From an uncultured Deinococcales bacterium (GTDB lineage: Bacteria > Deinococcota > Deinococci > Deinococcales > JAAFIG01): DNA of 15,510 bases. Shown one piece after another: positions 8,174 through 13,489 of the stretch (positions are counted from its first letter, which is position 1; every line of letters begins with the position of its first letter). A model generated the notes under the pieces. The model ran no database searches. It had not been told where the DNA came from and saw only the letters and a program-made list of their open reading frames with translations. Both the position numbers and the translations under genes were made by a program. The DNA is taken from contig CAXTKV010000126.1 in assembly GCA_964244895.1 (NCBI GenBank), positions 1 to 15,510 on the forward strand. The letters run 5' to 3'.

Positions 8174-8198
8174 GCTTGAACCTCGAGTTGCGCGACCA

Positions 8199-8528
8199 TC
8201 AGAGGATTTGCGCCAGTTTCATGGCGTAGGCCATGTCGCCCTTGAGCTTCAGCTTGCCCGTCAAGGCCGCCATCGTGGCGCTCAGTTCGCCTTTGGCCAA
8301 CCGCACGAAATCCGCCTGCGAGACCGTCACCGAGAGCTTCGGCTCGAGCCCGTGATCTTCCGGGTGGCCGCTCAGCACGCCCTGCCCGACCTCCTTGCGG
8401 GCATCGACCGTGTACGTCCCGCCCGCATCACCGGTCAATTCCAGCCCGATCACGGCGTCCAGCGCCTCGAGCCGTTCCGGGGTCAGCCGGGATTGCAATT
8501 TTTGTAAGTAATCGCTCGCTTCGCTCAT
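8199..8528 (-). CDS. SCP2 sterol-binding domain protein
   Basis: Motifs LTGDAGGTYTVD, VTVSQADFVRLAKGELSATMAALTGKLKLKGDMAYAMKL; GGAGG ribosome-binding site. Confidence 0.9.
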   Translation of the reverse strand: MSEASDYLQKLQSRLTPERLEALDAVIGLELTGDAGGTYTVDARKEVGQGVLSGHPEDHGLEPKLSVTVSQADFVRLAKGELSATMAALTGKLKLKGDMAYAMKLAQIL

Positions 8529-8545
8529 GCGTCCCTCCGATTGGT

Positions 8546-9013
8546 TTATTCCTTGACGCCCGCCAGTTTCAAAATGTGCTTCCAGTGCGCTTCCGACACG
8601 GGTTGCACCGACAGCCTCGAGCCCTTCTGCAAGAGGCGCATCTCGGCCAACTCGGACTCTTTTTTGAGCTGCTCGAGCGGCAAGAAATTCGGGAATTCCG
8701 CGTCTGCCTGCACGTCCACCTGAAACCAGCGCGGGCTTTGGGGCGTGGCTTTCGGATCGAAGTAATCGCTTCCCGCATCGAACTGCGCCGGATCAGGGTA
8801 GGCCTCGCGCACCACGCGGGCCGTACCGACGATCCCCATCGGCGCGACGCTCGAGTGGTAGTACAAGACGCCGTCCTGCAAGCGCATCTGCTGCATGAAA
8901 TTGCGCGCCTGGTAATTGCGCACGCCCTCCCAGCCCGTGGTGCGCTTTTTGGCGCGCATCAAGTCCTGAAAGGAGAACACGTCCGGTTCGGATTTCATCA
9001 GCCAGTACTGCAC
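8546..9013 (-). CDS. EVE domain-containing protein (THYN1-like)
   Basis: Motifs YWLMKSEPDVFS, WEGVRNYQARNFM, YYHS, AYPDPAQFD...YFDPK and RLSVQPV. GTG start at 9013, 6 nt after a TACAAT box. Confidence 0.93.
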   Translation of the reverse strand: MQYWLMKSEPDVFSFQDLMRAKKRTTGWEGVRNYQARNFMQQMRLQDGVLYYHSSVAPMGIVGTARVVREAYPDPAQFDAGSDYFDPKATPQSPRWFQVDVQADAEFPNFLPLEQLKKESELAEMRLLQKGSRLSVQPVSEAHWKHILKLAGVKE

Positions 9014-9081
9014 GCCCAGATTGTACCGTCTGCGCCGTTTTGAGCGCGTTGCTGGCTCGCATCTCGATCTCGAGTCTCGAG

Positions 9082-9127
9082 AACACCGTCCAGCACGCGA
9101 ATTCAGATATGCGTGCTGGACGGTGTT
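9082..9127. repeat. 44-bp-core palindromic element, copy 3
   Basis: Perfect 17-bp inverted repeat AACACCGTCCAGCACGC / GCGTGCTGGACGGTGTT with a 12-nt loop. Confidence 0.9.
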
Positions 9128-9215
9128 TAGGTCACAGGACAATCTCGAGGCTTTTGAAATTTGCCCGTATTGGACGCGCTACGGCCATCTCGGGACGAGC
9201 TTCAACCCGGAATTT

Positions 9216-10604
9216 CTACAAGGATCGCACCGTCTCGAGCCTGTCATCCAGAATCTTGACGCCTCTCGACCCGGCGACCGCGATGTGACCGTCCGGCATC
9301 ACGGTCAGATCCATCGGTTTGCCGCCCAGGTTCTTCCGCGCGATCACGCTCAAGTTGACTGCGTTAACGGCGGTTACGAAACCCGACCGATCCGACAGGT
9401 ACGCGATTCCCTCGGGTGCACCACGCACGCCGGGAATGACAGGCGCGACCATAATCCGATCCGGTGCGCCCTCGAGCTTGACTGAGCCCGTTTGCTCGAG
9501 CGTGTCCGGGTTCAGCCGGTACAGTGTCCCGGCCCGATCCAGCACCAAGAGCGCATCGTCGGTGAAGGCCAGGGACACGGGGCTGACGCCGATTCTGGCG
9601 CGCCTCAGTTCGCGGTTGGTCGAAAGGTCGATGACCGTCACCAGACCCGTGGCGTGGTGCGTGACGTAGACGCGATCGCCGCGAATCTCGGCGGCGTCCA
9701 TCACGTCTTCCAGGGGCGTCTTGTGGGGGTTCGAGATGCGCGCCTCGACCATCGTTTTATTGCCGATGCCGTTGCGCCGGAAGGTCAGGACGGTTCCGCT
9801 GGACGCGCCGACCACGCAGACCATGTCGCCATCCACCGACAGGCCGCTCGCGCCGTCCGGGACGGGCCAGCTGTCCACCAGCACGCCTCGGGCTTCGTCC
9901 ACGATGAACAATTTCGCGTTGTGCGCGTCCAGCAGGTAAGAAAGCCCTTCGCTCGAGACGGCCTTCGTGAAGTACGGCGCGCTCGGCGTGCTGAACCTGA
10001 CGGGGCGCGTTTTCCAGTCCGCGCCGACCAGCATCGCGGGCGCTTCTCGGTTGGAGGCGTCGGTGTAGATCAGGCCGCCCTCGAAGGTGGTGGCGACCAC
10101 CCCGGCGTCCAGCGCGGGCGTCGCGCTGCGGGTCACGGCCACGATGCCCGCCACGACCGCCAACGCGCTCAATCCGACCGCCAGGATCGGCGCGAGCCAA
10201 CGGTTGGCTCGAGGACTGGTTCGGGGCGTCGGGCTGGACGGTGCGCGGGCGGGGGAGGGTTCGGTGCGCGAACTGGGGCTTCGGGCTGCTGGCGAATCGG
10301 TCGGGTGAACTCGAGGAACACCGTTCCCAACGGTATCGCCTACCAGAACACCGTCTGGGACGGTCTTGGCTGCACCTTCGAGCCTGGCTTGGGCCATCAA
10401 GCGGGCTTTCAGATCGGGCGGCGGCGTCTGCGACTGGGCTGCGCCCAACCCGGTCAGCGCGACCTCGAGCTCGTTCGCCTCGAGCGCCAATTCGGCGTCC
10501 AACTGGAGCGCGGCGCGCACGGATTCTTGTTCCTCCGGGCTGGCGATGCCGAGCGCCACCAACGGCAGCAACTCGCGGATATGGTCACGGTCTGCGGCGT
10601 TCAC
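9216..10604 (-). CDS. Transmembrane anti-sigma factor with an RskA-like N-terminus, Pro-rich linker, TM helix and C-terminal YVTN/YncE-like beta-propeller
   Basis: GTG start overlaps the sigma stop (GTGA). N-terminal ELLPLVALG.ASPEE...PPPDLKARLM; TM segment WLAPILAVGLSALAVVAGIVAV; propeller-like blades such as RVYVTHHATGLVTVIDL...IGVSPVSLAF. Confidence 0.8.
   Translation of the reverse strand: MNAADRDHIRELLPLVALGIASPEEQESVRAALQLDAELALEANELEVALTGLGAAQSQTPPPDLKARLMAQARLEGAAKTVPDGVLVGDTVGNGVPRVHPTDSPAARSPSSRTEPSPARAPSSPTPRTSPRANRWLAPILAVGLSALAVVAGIVAVTRSATPALDAGVVATTFEGGLIYTDASNREAPAMLVGADWKTRPVRFSTPSAPYFTKAVSSEGLSYLLDAHNAKLFIVDEARGVLVDSWPVPDGASGLSVDGDMVCVVGASSGTVLTFRRNGIGNKTMVEARISNPHKTPLEDVMDAAEIRGDRVYVTHHATGLVTVIDLSTNRELRRARIGVSPVSLAFTDDALLVLDRAGTLYRLNPDTLEQTGSVKLEGAPDRIMVAPVIPGVRGAPEGIAYLSDRSGFVTAVNAVNLSVIARKNLGGKPMDLTVMPDGHIAVAGSRGVKILDDRLETVRSL
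10318..10366. repeat. Two 19-bp palindromic units inside the anti-sigma CDS (30-bp period)
   Basis: ACACCGTT-CCC-AACGGTAT (10318-10336) and ACACCGTC-TGG-GACGGTCT (10348-10366). Confidence 0.7.
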
Positions 10605-11302
10605 GTCAATCCCTCTTTTCCAAATCCGTCTTTGGTGTCGCTCAGTTCGCCCAGCACGCCCCGGAGCTTGTCGAGCGCGTATTTCAGCCGGGATTTGACG
10701 GTTCCGACCGGCACGCCCATGGTGGCGCTGATCTCCTCGCGGCTCGCGCCCCGGAAGTACGCCAGTTCGACCGTCTGACGGTGCGCGTCCGAAAGCGCCA
10801 ACATGGCTGCGCGAACCCGCACGGCGGTCTGGGAAAGCTCCGCCCGTTCTAGCGGCCCGGAATCCGGCGATGGGATCGGCAGGGGATCGCCCTGCTCGTC
10901 CTCCAGGGAATTGGTGGGTTTCTCGCGGCGCAAGGCATCGATGCTGGCATTCCGCACCAGCGTCAGCAAGTACGTGGACAACGCCGCCCTGGACGCGTCG
11001 AAGGCGCTCGGGTTGCGCCAGAGTTTCATGAAGGCATCCTGCGTGATCTCCTCGGCTCGAGCCTCGCTCTGCGTGACGCGCTTGGCCAGACCGAAAACCG
11101 CGTTCGAGTAGCGGTCATACAACGCCGAGAACGCGCCCTCGTCGCCGAACGCCAGCCGCGCGACCAGTTGCGCATCGCTCAGGGACGCGCTCCGTTCGGC
11201 GTCTGTGAAGCCCGAGGCCATCTCGAGTGGTTGGGGTCTTTCCGGCATGACCCGCATCTTAACGACTTCGTACCAGCCTGAGTTGGGAATGGCGAAGGTC
11301 AT
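10601..11302 (-). CDS. ECF RNA polymerase sigma-70 factor (SigK-like)
   Basis: Region 2 AFSALYDRY...AEEITQDAFMKLW...YLLTLVRNASIDALRR; region 4 LAYFRGASREEIS..MGVPVGTVKSRL. Start placed at ATG 11302 after AGGAG; alternative start at 11248. Confidence 0.92.
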   Translation of the reverse strand: MTFAIPNSGWYEVVKMRVMPERPQPLEMASGFTDAERSASLSDAQLVARLAFGDEGAFSALYDRYSNAVFGLAKRVTQSEARAEEITQDAFMKLWRNPSAFDASRAALSTYLLTLVRNASIDALRREKPTNSLEDEQGDPLPIPSPDSGPLERAELSQTAVRVRAAMLALSDAHRQTVELAYFRGASREEISATMGVPVGTVKSRLKYALDKLRGVLGELSDTKDGFGKEGLT

Positions 11303-11323
11303 CGTGGCTCTCCTGCCCTCAGA

Positions 11324-11349
11324 TACGCACCACCCGCGCGTGAGGTTCA
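11324..11349 (-). promoter_or_regulatory. ECF-type promoter P1 (TGAACC-N16-CGTA), likely autoregulatory
   Basis: TGAACC tcacgcgcgggtggtg CGTATC, 21 bp upstream of the sigma ATG. Confidence 0.8.
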
Positions 11350-11370
11350 ACGCCGCGCCCGCGCTCGAGA

Positions 11371-11414
11371 ACACCGTTCCGAACGTACTCCTAAAATGGC
11401 GTCCAGGACGGTGT
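11371..11414. repeat. 44-bp palindromic element, copy 4 (degenerate)
   Basis: ACACCGTTCCGAACGTACTCCTAAAATGGCGTCCAGGACGGTGT; same length and termini as the other copies. Confidence 0.75.
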
Positions 11415-11427
11415 CCTCGCATTCCCA

Positions 11428-11516
11428 AACTGCATCAGGCCCGAGCTGTATCGGCTCGAGCCTGACGGGGGGAGGGAGAATCCCGAGGGTGGGGGTGACC
11501 GCTCGAGCTTCTATTC
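11428..11516 (-). ncRNA. Candidate ECF-dependent small RNA with C-rich single-stranded motifs
   Basis: Directly downstream of P2: a hairpin with a CACCCCC loop (11477-11512), the linker CCCUCCCCCCG, and a 12-bp hairpin (11435-11465). Ends are approximate. Confidence 0.5.
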
Positions 11517-11521
11517 TGATA

Positions 11522-11547
11522 TACGCAACAAAGCTGCGTTCGGTTCA
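11522..11547 (-). promoter_or_regulatory. ECF-type promoter P2 (TGAACC-N16-CGTA)
   Basis: TGAACC gaacgcagctttgttg CGTATA. Confidence 0.75.
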
Positions 11548-11639
11548 GCATCTGGGTGCGGCTTGCGGGTCGTCACGAAATTTCCCGCCAGAACCTCAGA
11601 CCGAAGCTTGCAGCTCGAAATCAATCGTCTCGAGCGCGA

Positions 11640-12848
11640 TTACAGGAAACGCCAGACGATCGGGCAGTTGACCACGAAACCGGTCGAACCGAACTTCGCT
11701 CCGCCGGGGCCGGTGATGAAGCCGCGTTCGGCCAACCCCAGAATCTGGAATTCCTCGCTGACCCTCGAGCGGTAGCCCTTGGCGATCGCGTCTTTCGTCC
11801 ACTCGAAAACGTTCAAGTCCCACAGTGGGCTGTAATCGGTCGCCACGGTCGGAATGCCGCCCAGCACGTTCAACGGCCCAGCACCCTCGCCGGAGAGCGC
11901 GCTGTTGAAGCCCTGACGCTGCGGGTTGCCCGCACCCGTCGGGCCGTTGATCGCCGCGAACAGGCGCTCTAAGGCGCTGAAGGCGCTGTCGTCGTGACCG
12001 ACCGGGATGTCCTTCAGGGCCGGAGCCAACGTGACCTGCTCCATCGCGGCGGGCAGCGGGTCGTTGGCGTCCAGGCTGATGTACAAGACCGGCTTGGCGA
12101 AGCTGAACCCAGCCGTCAGGGCCAGCGTGACCGTGCCACCATCCTTGCCTTCCGGGCAGATCTTGACGACCTTGTCGTGCGTGATCTTGTGATCGGCCTT
12201 GCCGTCGCAGAACTTTTTGAGCTGATCCGCTGAGGTGTTAAACGACACGATCGGCGCGTTGTAGATGTGACCGCCCGCGTTGTCGATCCGCACCAGCGGC
12301 GTGTAATCCTTGTCGCCGACCGCGCCCGGAGCGAACTTGGCGGGCGGGAAGGGGTTGGGTTGCGCGCCCGGGGTCAGCACCAGTTCCGGGCTGAAATCCA
12401 CCGCGCCCCGGTCGAAGGTGACGGTCGCATCCTTCTCGATGTGACCGTTCCTAACGGCGTTGCCGACGTTGGCGTAGGTCAATTTGCCCGAGAAGTTCAA
12501 CCCCAACGATGCGGCGTTGGCCTGATCGTCGGTGTCGGTCAGGACGTACCAGACGTTGCGCTTGTCCTTGAGCTGACCCCGGTAGAGCGGGATCGTGATG
12601 GTGCCTTCCTCGAAGTTGATCGTGCCGGACTTCAGAAGCTGATACGGTCCGACGAGTTCCTTCAAGACCTGCGACGGCGCTGGGCCGAAGTACGTCAACG
12701 GAATGTCCGCGCCAATAGACGGGGGAGCGGGCGCCACGTCCGACTGCGCGAGGGCCGGTCCGCTCAACGCGATCGCGCCGAGAGCGGCCAAGAGTGCGGC
12801 TTTGGGCGCCTGGAGTGCGGCTTTGCGCGCCTGGAAAAGCTTGAACAT
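11640..12848 (-). CDS. Secreted protein of unknown function (DYSPLW / VVNCP motif family)
   Basis: AGGAGG ribosome-binding site; Sec signal peptide ending in ALA-Q; internally repeated DYTPL/DYSPLW and YNAPIV/VNCPIV motifs. Confidence 0.85.
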   Translation of the reverse strand: MFKLFQARKAALQAPKAALLAALGAIALSGPALAQSDVAPAPPSIGADIPLTYFGPAPSQVLKELVGPYQLLKSGTINFEEGTITIPLYRGQLKDKRNVWYVLTDTDDQANAASLGLNFSGKLTYANVGNAVRNGHIEKDATVTFDRGAVDFSPELVLTPGAQPNPFPPAKFAPGAVGDKDYTPLVRIDNAGGHIYNAPIVSFNTSADQLKKFCDGKADHKITHDKVVKICPEGKDGGTVTLALTAGFSFAKPVLYISLDANDPLPAAMEQVTLAPALKDIPVGHDDSAFSALERLFAAINGPTGAGNPQRQGFNSALSGEGAGPLNVLGGIPTVATDYSPLWDLNVFEWTKDAIAKGYRSRVSEEFQILGLAERGFITGPGGAKFGSTGFVVNCPIVWRFL

Positions 12849-13128
12849 GTTCCTCCTAATGGCTCAACTCATGCCTGCTGCGCGAAATTTCGCGCCGCCG
12901 ATGCACCTCGAGCGGGTCGATGACCAGAAGCCTCAGGCTCGAGACAGAGTGGTTCGTGAAAACCCCGAAGCGCAAAGGTGCGAGCGCGACCGCGATTTCC
13001 CACAAACGATACGGAACTGCCGTAAAACCAATTTCTAACACCAAAAGATGCGACTGAAATCATCAATCAATGAAGATTCCTTGGAAACCTCCGTTTCTGG
13101 AACAGACCCCCTCTGTTCCAAAACAATC

Positions 13129-13154
13129 TACGGAAGCGCGGAATTTTCGGTTCA
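13129..13154 (-). promoter_or_regulatory. ECF-type promoter P3 (TGAACC-N16-CGTA)
   Basis: TGAACC gaaaattccgcgcttc CGTAGA, upstream of the secreted-protein gene. Confidence 0.75.
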
Positions 13155-13409
13155 ATCGTATTAAATACCGAGACAAAAGGACTAGAATGTGCTGAAAAAC
13201 GAGTCCTCGAGAAAACGCCCTCGAACACCGATGTCGAACCGCTTTTAACGATACTTCTCGCGCTTTGTCCATCGGTCATTTGACCGCGCCCATCATCCGA
13301 GAAGAAACGCAAGTTAAAGGCGAGCGACGAACCGCAGGTGTGAAAACCGAGTCGGCGTGAGGACTGAAACTCGCGAAACCCGGAAAACAATCCGACCCTC
13401 ATCTGGCGA

Positions 13410-13435
13410 TACGCTGCCAGATGAGGCCGGGTTCA
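13410..13435 (-). promoter_or_regulatory. ECF-type promoter P4 (TGAACC-N16-CGTA)
   Basis: TGAACC cggcctcatctggcag CGTATC. Confidence 0.75.
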
Positions 13436-13445
13436 CCTTGCAGGG

Positions 13446-13489
13446 ACACCGTCCAGGACGGATTCTTATTCCCGCGCGCTAGACGGGGT
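13446..13489. repeat. 44-bp palindromic element, copy 5, overlapping the GGDEF-EAL stop codon
   Basis: ACACCGTCCAGGACGGATTCTTATTCCCGCGCGCTAGACGGGGT; its reverse complement aligns without gaps to copy 3. Confidence 0.7.

Noticed and set aside
8546..9013. EVE protein as part of a modification-dependent restriction or defence system
   Set aside because: Stand-alone THYN1-like EVE with no fused or adjacent nuclease; the neighbours look like housekeeping genes.
9014..9142. ORF-track N-terminal extensions of EVE (also trmL 721-795, sigma 11303-11428, Ubl 6751-6792, DUF4132 6230-6253)
   Set aside because: They run through repeats or promoters; better-supported starts (RBS or leaderless -10 box) lie downstream.
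9180..9204. Possible fifth ECF promoter TGAAGC-N15-CGTA upstream of EVE
   Set aside because: Mismatched -35 box and different spacing, and EVE already has a housekeeping-type -10 box.
9492..10778. 428-aa plus-strand ORF, and similar ORFs at 4551-5657 and 13421-14242
   Set aside because: Antisense to well-supported genes, with Arg/Gly- or Ser-rich non-protein-like composition.
1218..13489. Palindromic repeats as a CRISPR array
   Set aside because: Copies are kilobases apart, in mixed orientation, without regular spacers or cas genes.
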